Source of the DNA: an uncultured Candidatus Bathyarchaeia archaeon
Lineage (GTDB): Archaea; Thermoproteota; Bathyarchaeia; Bathyarchaeales; DTEX01
NCBI GenBank assembly: GCA_964465575.1
Contig: CAYXIF010000006.1
Span: 14,445 to 78,444 of the forward strand
Direction: 5' to 3'
DNA: 64,000 nucleotides
The notes beneath the pieces were generated by a model, which saw only the letters and a program-made list of their open reading frames with translations, made no database searches and had not been told where the DNA came from. The position numbers were made by a program, and so were the translations under genes. This document shows positions 44,724 to 53,600 of this stretch, piece by piece. Position 1 is the stretch's first letter. Each line of letters begins with the position of its first letter.

Positions 44724-45536
44724 GTGCTTGGAGGCTTCTTGTCTGTGAAGAAGGGGCTAACAAGGAAAGCAGCTACTGCCTTCTCTTGGATCTTCATTCT
44801 CCCAACGATCTCTTCAACTTTCTGGTTGCCGATGTGGATTGCTTTGGCCCTCGTCTTCCCGACGATATTCAACTACTTTCCTGAAACACCAAACCCGATA
44901 AGCGTACCGGCGATACCTCAATGGTTCTTCAGAATCCTCTACGTCAGTTGGATTCCACTAACTTTGATGCCTGGCACTGAGTGGGTTACAGAATTTCTGT
45001 ATCTCCCGGAGGTCTGGACGAACAACTTGGCATGCTTATTCCTGGAACTGATCAGGCCTTGGCTTTTGCTAGGGGGTCTCCTCTTGTTTTTGGCTAGTCT
45101 CATCCAGCTTCTCTGGCATAGACATAGAGCTGGGGGTTTGGTGACTAAAGGCTTTTACTCTGTTGTTAGGCACCCGCAATACCTTGGGATATTTATCTGG
45201 ATTTTTGGCCATCTTCTCTACAGTCTACCGTTCCACCTGCGGCCTGCAGATGTCTGGGCATGGGCCACCTTGGTTTTCGCATACATAGCTTTGGCCAGAA
45301 GCGAGGAAAAAAGTCTCGAAAAGAGGTTCGGCCAGAAGTTCGAGGAATATCGGAGAGAAGTTCCTTTCCTCGTGCCGTTCGTGCCGTCCGTTGTGTCAGA
45401 GAGACTTAGGCCGTTTTTCGCTCTAGAGGAACGGAGTAGATCCCTGATCCTAGCATTGGTTTATATTATGGTTGCTATCTCAATACTCGGGCTCACCTAC
45501 GGTCGGACGTACTTGTACTGGCAGAAGGAGTTCTAG
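44724..45536 (+). CDS. Isoprenylcysteine carboxyl methyltransferase (ICMT/PEMT-like) family membrane protein
   Basis: 270 aa, multi-TM. GLVTKGFYSVVRHPQYLGIFIW and ARSEEKSLEKRFGQKFEEYRREVP. Confidence 0.7.
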   Translation: MLGGFLSVKKGLTRKAATAFSWIFILPTISSTFWLPMWIALALVFPTIFNYFPETPNPISVPAIPQWFFRILYVSWIPLTLMPGTEWVTEFLYLPEVWTNNLACLFLELIRPWLLLGGLLLFLASLIQLLWHRHRAGGLVTKGFYSVVRHPQYLGIFIWIFGHLLYSLPFHLRPADVWAWATLVFAYIALARSEEKSLEKRFGQKFEEYRREVPFLVPFVPSVVSERLRPFFALEERSRSLILALVYIMVAISILGLTYGRTYLYWQKEF

Positions 45537-45635
45537 GTAAGACGTAGATCTTAGGGAAATATCTAAGGAGTTTCAGTTAGCCCTACGCTTAATGGCTCGT
45601 ATTATAGGGGGATCGTGTGAAACTAATGGGTTCCT

Positions 45636-46064
45636 CTACGGTGTGTAGTTGATGGTAAGCTTCTGCTCGAAATCCCCTTGGTCCGTTTTTATTGTGAACG
45701 TAAGTTCGTTCGCGCCAGTCTTAGCTTGGCCCTTGCCCAGGCCAACATCAGCCTGACCCGATTGACCTGATGTCAAAGTCAGAGTCTGAATCTGCGAACC
45801 CTCAATATCCGTGCCCTTCACAGTAATGTTTGTGATCTTGGTGGTTACGGTTCCGGCGTTTCTGAGGGTCACCCTGATCAGGTTGTTCCCTACAAAACCT
45901 CCGGTGTCGATTACTATGCTCCTTACCTCTTGCGGAGGTGGTTGCTGTCCCCCGCCCCCTGTCGGGCCTCCTCCTGAAGTTAAGGCTAGAACAGCAATTG
46001 CTGCTCCTATGACGGCCAGTGTGACTATTGCCACTATTATGTTCTTGCTTAGGACTCTGCTCAA
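45636..46064 (-). CDS. Membrane-anchored secreted protein (pilin-like N-terminal helix, Gly/Pro linker, beta-rich domain)
   Basis: 142 aa. N-terminal hydrophobic helix IIVAIVTLAVIGAAIAVLAL, then GGGPTGGGGQQPPP. Confidence 0.5.
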   Translation of the reverse strand: MSRVLSKNIIVAIVTLAVIGAAIAVLALTSGGGPTGGGGQQPPPQEVRSIVIDTGGFVGNNLIRVTLRNAGTVTTKITNITVKGTDIEGSQIQTLTLTSGQSGQADVGLGKGQAKTGANELTFTIKTDQGDFEQKLTINYTP

Positions 46065-46232
46065 CTTACCCTCGGATGTAGATATTGCTTGAATTGAGAT
46101 ATAAATTTTTCCTAGATGACTTATAGTCGAGTGATTTCGCGGGTTTGGGTCAAACGTTTCTGAAAGAGAAGCAATGCTCTAGGCTGGGTAGTTCCGCAGA
46201 AAAAGGGGGGGTGTAGTTGTTGGGGTTTTAGA

Positions 46233-48344
46233 CTATAGTTTTGCTGTCACTCTGAACTGCGTTATCACACCGAGTATTATTGCGAATCCCACTGCGGCCG
46301 CCATTCCGGTTGCGAACGGCATAGCCTTCCTCTCGTATAGCTCTACGCCGCCGATTCTGAGTACGATGCGCTTGGCTACGTATGCCACTATTGACGGCAT
46401 GAGCGCGAGGATGGGAACCCATCCCATGCCCATCGCCACTCCTGCAGCGTTCAATGGGAACCACGGGAATCTCCCCTGGAAGAAGTATATCAATGAGACC
46501 ACTACTGCGCCTACTGCGAACAGGATCCACTGGTTTGGCGTGGGTAGCTTGCCGAGTCCTTCGCGCCAATAGTCTCCCACTTCGGTAATGGCGGCATAGG
46601 TCGGGGCTCTCTGATGGTAGTTGTTTGGTGCGCCTGTGAAGTTGAAGGCACCAAAGTTCACGGCGCCGAACATGCACCAGAACTGCAGAAGCGAGAATAG
46701 TCCAACTATGACGCTGACCACGACTGCCAACATTGTTGCGCCGAAGATGTACTTGGCGTGGATCCCTTGTAGCGCACCCATCCTATAGGATTCCAGTAGC
46801 GTCGCCATGGGAGCTGCTCTCATATAGGTGGTAAACCATGGGATGTCTGTTTTCAAGACTGTGAACCTAGTCTGGAGATCTCTGATGTAGAAGGGCGAGT
46901 TAGGATCGGCTACCCACCACTCTCTCATAGTTGTGTCCCAGTTGTGCGCCCACATGTTCTCGTTTACCCCACACACCCCTAGTCCGTATTCAGCTGCAGT
47001 CCTAGCTACCCCCATAAAGTAGAGTCCCATCAATACCGTCCATATTATGCCAAAGAGGATAGGGAGCGTTCCCATACTTGACTGCCACCACAGAGCCACA
47101 TCGATCAACAGCAGCCCCACAAAGGCTAGCAGCATAAGCCTATAGTTCATGGGTTCTCTCTGCTCGACTTCTGGACGTGCCTTACCCACAAATCCCTTGA
47201 GTGTGTTAACTAGTTCCCCTCTGAAAGCTATGAGGACAGGGTAGAACATCAAGCCAAAGCCAGCTCCAAACCCAACCCAGGCGGCTGCACCCCATGTTCT
47301 AACCCAAGACCTCATCAATGGTCCTGTCGCGTCACGCCAAATCCCAGTGATCATGCCATGCCCTGCGCCAGTTGCCCCTGCGGCTTGAGCTTCCCATAGA
47401 CCCATATACGCCATCGCCGGCCACCATATCCAGTAGACGCCGACGCAAGCGACTATATAGCTGAAGAGCGTTTTAGCTGGTACAAGAAACGCTGCCCCGA
47501 TCCAAAATGCTTCGAAGTTGAAGTTTAGGTTAGCCAATGGGATCAGCACAAGCGGAGTGAAATCATATCCTATGCTACCGTATTGCACGATTCGTGCCAT
47601 GCCTAACCCTGGGATGGTCCATGCCCAATATTGGAAGATTGCCAAGAAGCCTATCAGCACTCCCAGCCACAGGAACTTGTTGCTCAGGAACCTAGGTTCC
47701 TCTTTCTCATAAGTCATGTCGACCAAGCGCGATGCAGCCATTGCATGCGGGAAGGGCAGAGCTTCAATATCTATCCATTGTCTCCTCCATAACGTAGCCA
47801 TGACGGCGTACATTAGGTAGTACGGTACTAGTCTAGCTATGTTCCATAGTATGGCGGGCATCCAAGCGGCCCAAGGTACGGGGCCACCATACATCCACGA
47901 TTGCCACAGCTGCTCATTGTAGGGATCTGGACCAAACTGCCAGTTGATATCTTTGGCATAACCCAAGTTCCACCTTTGGAAGGCCGGAATCTGTCTGGCC
48001 GTGCCCAGCTGATTGACGCTGGGCAATATGCCATAGTGGGACGGTATGATCCACGTGACCCAGACCATAGCCAGTATTATGGTTAGTTCCCGCTTGTTGA
48101 TCCTGAGTGCCTTGCCAATGATCGAAGTAATTGTCGTTATTACTAAGGGCCACCACATCACAAACGTCATTTGGGCAGCCCAGCTATTACCCCAAGCCTC
48201 AGAGCTGAGGCCCCATAGGCTTCCGCCCGGCGTAAAGACAGCTATAAAGCTGGTGAAGAGTGTTGCAATCACGGTCCATATCAGTCCTATGACGTAGGTC
48301 ACTGGTCTAATGACAACTCTCTCTGCTGTTTTCTCTTCCAACAA
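46233..48344 (-). CDS. Large polytopic membrane protein, Trp-rich, distant OPT-like (paralog A)
   Basis: 703 aa, more than 14 TM segments. The IEALPFPHAMAAS motif is reminiscent of the OPT-family xLxFPSGTA loop. Own TATA-like CTTTTAAGG and a GGTGA SD-like site upstream. Confidence 0.6.
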   Translation of the reverse strand: MLEEKTAERVVIRPVTYVIGLIWTVIATLFTSFIAVFTPGGSLWGLSSEAWGNSWAAQMTFVMWWPLVITTITSIIGKALRINKRELTIILAMVWVTWIIPSHYGILPSVNQLGTARQIPAFQRWNLGYAKDINWQFGPDPYNEQLWQSWMYGGPVPWAAWMPAILWNIARLVPYYLMYAVMATLWRRQWIDIEALPFPHAMAASRLVDMTYEKEEPRFLSNKFLWLGVLIGFLAIFQYWAWTIPGLGMARIVQYGSIGYDFTPLVLIPLANLNFNFEAFWIGAAFLVPAKTLFSYIVACVGVYWIWWPAMAYMGLWEAQAAGATGAGHGMITGIWRDATGPLMRSWVRTWGAAAWVGFGAGFGLMFYPVLIAFRGELVNTLKGFVGKARPEVEQREPMNYRLMLLAFVGLLLIDVALWWQSSMGTLPILFGIIWTVLMGLYFMGVARTAAEYGLGVCGVNENMWAHNWDTTMREWWVADPNSPFYIRDLQTRFTVLKTDIPWFTTYMRAAPMATLLESYRMGALQGIHAKYIFGATMLAVVVSVIVGLFSLLQFWCMFGAVNFGAFNFTGAPNNYHQRAPTYAAITEVGDYWREGLGKLPTPNQWILFAVGAVVVSLIYFFQGRFPWFPLNAAGVAMGMGWVPILALMPSIVAYVAKRIVLRIGGVELYERKAMPFATGMAAAVGFAIILGVITQFRVTAKL

Positions 48345-48750
48345 TTTTCACCTAGGCATTACTATGCTTTCTGTTTCCTTAAAAGCTTTGCCATCCTTCA
48401 TATGTTTTTACTCCACTTACATCTAAGCACTATTTGTGCGACAAAGTCGGCGTCGAAAGGTGCATGAAGAACCTTAACAGAGAGTTTGCTAGTCATGTCA
48501 AGAAGTTCCCTCCTAGATGGATCAAATGGAAACCGAGGAAATATGAAGAATAGTTCAGCTATTCACGGTCTTACAGAGGGGTAAACATGTCGCCTGCAGA
48601 GTTAAACGAATGTGACGTTAGAAACCTGACATGACACGTTTCTGGCATCGAAGGGGGACGAAATCCCGGACCTATGTGTTCGGTCGTAGGCGATTCCGCG
48701 GACTCGGCGAATCCTAGTCAAGCTGATTTTTGAATCGAGACTGAAGCAGA

Positions 48751-50643
48751 CTAATACGGGGCAGCCCACATACTCCTCATGATCACGACCAAGCCTGTAC
48801 TCAAGGATATTATCAGGCCTTCACCGAGGAGGATGCCTGCGAAGATTATTCCTCTATATTCTCTCCATGTCTTCTCTCCGATGATCTGGGCTATGACCAT
48901 CCCGACTATGCTTCCGATGAACTGAGAGAAGGCTGAAGGAAACGCTGAGCCTATCCCACCAGCTATTCCGACTACTGCATTGGCAAACCCCAAGTAGGAT
49001 CCAGCGATGAACAGTCCCGCCCCAGCTACAAAACCGTATAGGATACGGTCAACCCTAAAGAACTCTGCGGCTTCCGGAGAGATGAAGAGGGACTGCATAG
49101 TTGCCTGAACGGGCCAGCTGTACAATGCTCCAGGATAGTCGGATGATGGTATAGGTGCCAAGCTCCACAGTGATTGCACTGTTATGAAGCCGAAGAGTAG
49201 GGCCAGTGGGAATATTATGAAGGTCGCTTTAATGTAGTCCTTCTGGGAGGTTTCGGTCATATCGCATATCTTCAGGTCTTGGGCCCATGATGAAGGCAGG
49301 TATATGGGAACGAACCACCCGTTGATGCCTGAATATCCTATACCTTTGAGAGTCATCTCTCTGACGTAGGGAATGCCAAAGCTAACGCCGACCCCTTGAG
49401 CTCTGGCTGAGATGAGAATCAGCAGAAACGGCCACGCCATGTTAAGCAGTATGTAGAAGATTATCGAAAGGTCCGGCGCAAGCATGTAATCGACTACGGA
49501 CAGGGCCAGCGTTGATCCCAGAAACAGGCCGATAATCAGGTAGATAGAGATTCCTGTTCTGCCAGTTCTAAGGCGGCCTAGAGATCGAAGTGCCTCAGTG
49601 ACAGTTTTGGGACGCATCAGAAGCGGGACAACCGCAATGGCCAGACCGTACCCCACTGCAATCATAGCCCAAGCCCACAAGACTGACCGTTCCCACGCAA
49701 AACTGATGCTCATACCATAGCTGTATTCTTGAGCGAAACCGGTGAGCTTGTATCTCACTAGTAAGTGATTTCCAAAAATGTACAAAGCTGTAGACCCGAT
49801 CAGTACGCCCAAGGCTGCTTGGAATGGTATGATGAAGCCCGTGGCGTAAACGGCTAGATCGGTCATTATTCCGAAGGATGCTCCAGGTAGGAACGATTGT
49901 ATTAACGCATTTTGATCAATCCAAGGTATAGGTAGGGGCTGTATGCGCATCCCCCAGAAAGCGAGACTAACGAGTGGAAGTGAGTAGAGAACAAAACCGT
50001 AGATTAAGGCAAAGGCAGTAGTTGCACCTAGGACGCCCATCTTTCTCCATTCTCTTTCAACCAGAGTCTTAGTGGTGTCGACTACTGGGTCGGCGAGGGG
50101 GAAGGGAAGTTTCTCAGCCACAACATATAGCTGGTATGCAAGTAGGCTCATGGCTAGATCTCCGAAGATCGCCGCGACGAAGAATGCGATGGTCCACAGA
50201 GTCACAGGCATCCATTCGGGATGGAAGAATGTTCTGTAAATCCAGACTTCGGGCGATGTGGGAGCGTAGAACCAAGGAACCTTGTCAGCCAGACCTAGGG
50301 CTTTAGTTACCGGAGAGTACCTCAGGTACACTTGGTATATCCAGCCGGGATGGGATAGGTTGCCAGTTGTGGGGGCTAGAAACCACCAGAACTTCAGAGT
50401 CTGGCCGCATGCTAGGTATATTATTATTGCTTCGCTAAGGGTTAGTCGGCTTCCGGCAAAGACCGCCGTCATCTCTATGAAGAGCAGAATGGTAGCCCAT
50501 TGGATAGCAGAGGTCGCAGGCGCGGAACCAGTCATCAACTGGAGGTAGCTGGAAGCCGCTTGAAATATGAATACTACGTATAGGAGGGCCAGCAGTGAGC
50601 GCCAAGTTAAGCCGCGCTTGACGGATGTGGCCTGTTCGCCCAT
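48751..50643 (-). CDS. Large polytopic membrane protein, distant OPT-like (paralog B)
   Basis: Likely start is ATG 50643 (MGEQATSVKRGLTW, 630 aa), 2 nt after the upstream stop. Motif AEKLPFPLADP at the equivalent position to paralog A. The track ORF extension to 50790 overlaps the preceding gene. Confidence 0.6.
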   Translation of the reverse strand: MGEQATSVKRGLTWRSLLALLYVVFIFQAASSYLQLMTGSAPATSAIQWATILLFIEMTAVFAGSRLTLSEAIIIYLACGQTLKFWWFLAPTTGNLSHPGWIYQVYLRYSPVTKALGLADKVPWFYAPTSPEVWIYRTFFHPEWMPVTLWTIAFFVAAIFGDLAMSLLAYQLYVVAEKLPFPLADPVVDTTKTLVEREWRKMGVLGATTAFALIYGFVLYSLPLVSLAFWGMRIQPLPIPWIDQNALIQSFLPGASFGIMTDLAVYATGFIIPFQAALGVLIGSTALYIFGNHLLVRYKLTGFAQEYSYGMSISFAWERSVLWAWAMIAVGYGLAIAVVPLLMRPKTVTEALRSLGRLRTGRTGISIYLIIGLFLGSTLALSVVDYMLAPDLSIIFYILLNMAWPFLLILISARAQGVGVSFGIPYVREMTLKGIGYSGINGWFVPIYLPSSWAQDLKICDMTETSQKDYIKATFIIFPLALLFGFITVQSLWSLAPIPSSDYPGALYSWPVQATMQSLFISPEAAEFFRVDRILYGFVAGAGLFIAGSYLGFANAVVGIAGGIGSAFPSAFSQFIGSIVGMVIAQIIGEKTWREYRGIIFAGILLGEGLIISLSTGLVVIMRSMWAAPY

Positions 50644-50645
50644 GG

Positions 50646-53600
50646 TCACGCGGCTCCTACGCGTTCCATCCCCTTGGATATTGCAGCAAATCTCCTCTGG
50701 TAATCTTCTCTTTCTTCTGGTTTGATGCTTCCCCAGAGAATAGTCTGCTTTCTGATTACATCTATGAACTCTCTGGCAAAGGTTATCCATGATCCCGTGG
50801 GGCCTGACTTCCTCTCAAGCGCCACCAAGAACGAGTGTCTCCCGGACCTTATGTCCTTCACATCCCTGATCTTGACAACTTGCGATATGCCTAACTCGTA
50901 GGGGGTTAAGGTTGAATCGAACTCTAGGCTTCGGATGATCTTGCCCTTCTCCTCTTCCACTTCATACCGTATCGGCAGCCTAGTTCTGAAGATTGAAGAG
51001 TCTTCAACTGTGTGGCCCACCAGCAGCTCATGGATGAAGGCTAAGACACCATCAGCTCTTATGTCCTCAGCTAAGGTGAATGGAAGCGTCACTTCCCACA
51101 TGTCTCCTTTCGGCTTGGGTAGCTTCCACTTGCGCTCAAGGGAGGGGGTTACGAGTTTGGATGCCTGATATATCGGATAGATCGTTATAGCCATAATAGC
51201 GGCCATCAGTGCTGAGATCGTCGTCACAACTGTGGTTGAAGCGTAATTGACCTGAAGCCCTATTCCCCAAGGAGTCACTCCCATGATCATAGTCGCAAGT
51301 ATTCCGAGCAGGTATCCTACAGTTCCTCCTAAGATTGAGTAGGTTACGCTCTCTGATAGAAACAGGAAGCCAACATGGAAGGGCGATAGGCCAACCGTGC
51401 TTAGTGTGTAAATGTCACGTCTCTTCTGCTCTATGGCGCTTGTTATAAGGCCAAGTACCATGAGGCCCGCCAATACTAGAGGTATGACTTGTTGCTGCCA
51501 CCCGAATACAGTAACAAAGTTCTCCTGCTTAACAGAATAACCCGTCCCGTTGGCGCCCAAGAATAGAGGTATCAATGTCTCTCTATATATTTCTCTTCCT
51601 ATGTTGAATATTGTGCCATCTCTGATGTATTCTGGCTCAAACTTCATGGCTATGCTCACAATCCAGCCTTTGAAGGTGTTCAAAAGCGTCTCATAGGGTA
51701 TTATTATCGTCTCTCTTGGGAGCACTCTGCCATCGAAGCCTGGAAGCCTCTGATCCCACGGCGTTATCCATAAGTTGTCTAGGTCGTAGATCTGGATGAA
51801 CTTCTTATCGTCCACTATGCCTGCGATCTTGAACGAGTACCCTGAGACCCACATAGTTTCTCCTACTTTGAGGTTACCTGCATCGGCGAGGTCTTTGCTT
51901 ATTATTGCCATGCGCTTGCCAGCCATCCCTTCAGTGAACCAGACACCATCAACTAGGGAGTTTTGTGGGCTTGTGACCTCTTGTTCCTGCGGGGTCAATC
52001 CTAGAATGGCTATTATCGGCGTCGGTACAATGTTACCTTTGCTATCGGTTACGTGGAGTCCACGCATCAAATTGCTTATCCAAGTCCAAGCTCTAGGTGC
52101 GATCGTCGCCTTGTCCCCGTATCTGGCCTCATATTCATCAAGAAGCCTCTGACCGACCTGTGGCGCAGCTCCGTCTCCGAACCCGCCGGAGGAGTAGTCC
52201 CAGTGTCTGACGAGTATGCCGTCGTATAATGCTGATGTCCCCGTTCTCCCAACGCTCAGGGCCCTTATGGTCAGCATCGAGGTGAACATGGACGTGCCCA
52301 TGGTAACGACTGTAACCGAGATTAGCGTCAACGCTGTCAGGAGTTTGCGCTTCCTCATGTGAGATATCCCTGTGGAGAACCCCAGTAAGGCCACGGAGAA
52401 CCTTGGAATCTCAACCCAGTGTACGCCTGCTATTCTCGCTGTGAGGCGAGTGAGCGTAGAGGCTGCGATACTGAACACGACGGCCAGAAGCGGCATTATC
52501 AGGACAACAACCAAGAATCCTATGACTATCATGAACGGGTTGCTGGCCAAGGTGAAGCCTGGGTGAACAAACCAGAAAACCAGCAGCGGCGCCAAGTAGC
52601 CTGTGACTGTGGAGAACACACGCCTCGGTCCATGCGTGCTCACGAAGAATCTTTCAGATATCACAGCGAAGGGAATCAGCGCCAAGCCGAAGAACGTGAT
52701 GGCGTAGATCGTGTCCTCAGTCGTGGCTCTTAGGCTGGCGTAGTTACCTCTTTCGAGCACCAGAAGCTGGTTTGACAGGGCTTCAACCTTCAGGTAGTCG
52801 TAATTCCTCAGAGCAGCGTAGGCCTCTTTGAATAGGGATTCTGTCTCCGCCATGCCAGGCGGGGATACGCCTCTAGCCTTCAACACGTTCAGCCTCTGCA
52901 TGGTGACCCTGTGCAGGTCTTCGGCTGCCTTAAGGGTCGTGTGAGTCAGGATAAGTTGTTCGCCAGCAAGAACCTTAAACCCTGAACCCGCCTGCAGATC
53001 CATACTCGTACCTATGACGAGCGACATGGGGTACCGAAGTGTGTAGGAGGTTCTAGAAAGAAATTCTACGGGGACATTTGGTGGCACATGTGCCGCAGCT
53101 ATTCCCAACCCGTAGCCGCCATAGATGTAACTGTGCCAGCTCCATTGTTCTGGAGGCGCATGAGAGACGAAGTCGTTCACTATCAATCTGTATTGTGCGT
53201 CTTGAGGCCCACTTCTATAGTAGACGTCTCCTGTATCGAAATGAATTATCGTTCCGCATTCGAAGAGCGTGTAAACGCCGAAGGATTGGGTCTTCCTGTC
53301 GAGAAGCTCGTTGCCGTAATCAGACCAAGATTGTCCGCCTCCTACGTCGATAGCCGTGTTCGGGTACCAGTATGGCGCTGTTCCGAACCCCGGTGAAAAT
53401 AGAACGTTGCCTGTTGTTTCATTTACGACGTGGGCTTCGAAAATGTATTCGCCGAGCCTTTCAGCCTGCAATAGTCCTGGCAACACAACTTTACCATCTG
53501 CGTCCGCCATGGCATAGAGGGGGAGAAGCCGCGTGTACAAGATGAAGCCTATGGTAGAGCCTCCATAAGTCCCTGATGGACCGCCCCGCGTATAGTATAT

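Noticed and set aside
46228-46677. 149-aa minus-strand ORF
   Set aside because: It is an out-of-frame overlap with the 703-aa membrane-protein gene. The Arg-rich composition is typical of an alternative frame of a hydrophobic gene.
50644-50790. N-terminal extension of the 679-aa track ORF (MDNLCQRVHRC...)
   Set aside because: It overlaps the 3' end of the 1541-aa gene out of frame and is Arg/Cys-rich. An internal ATG 2 nt after the upstream stop gives a sensible membrane-protein N-terminus.
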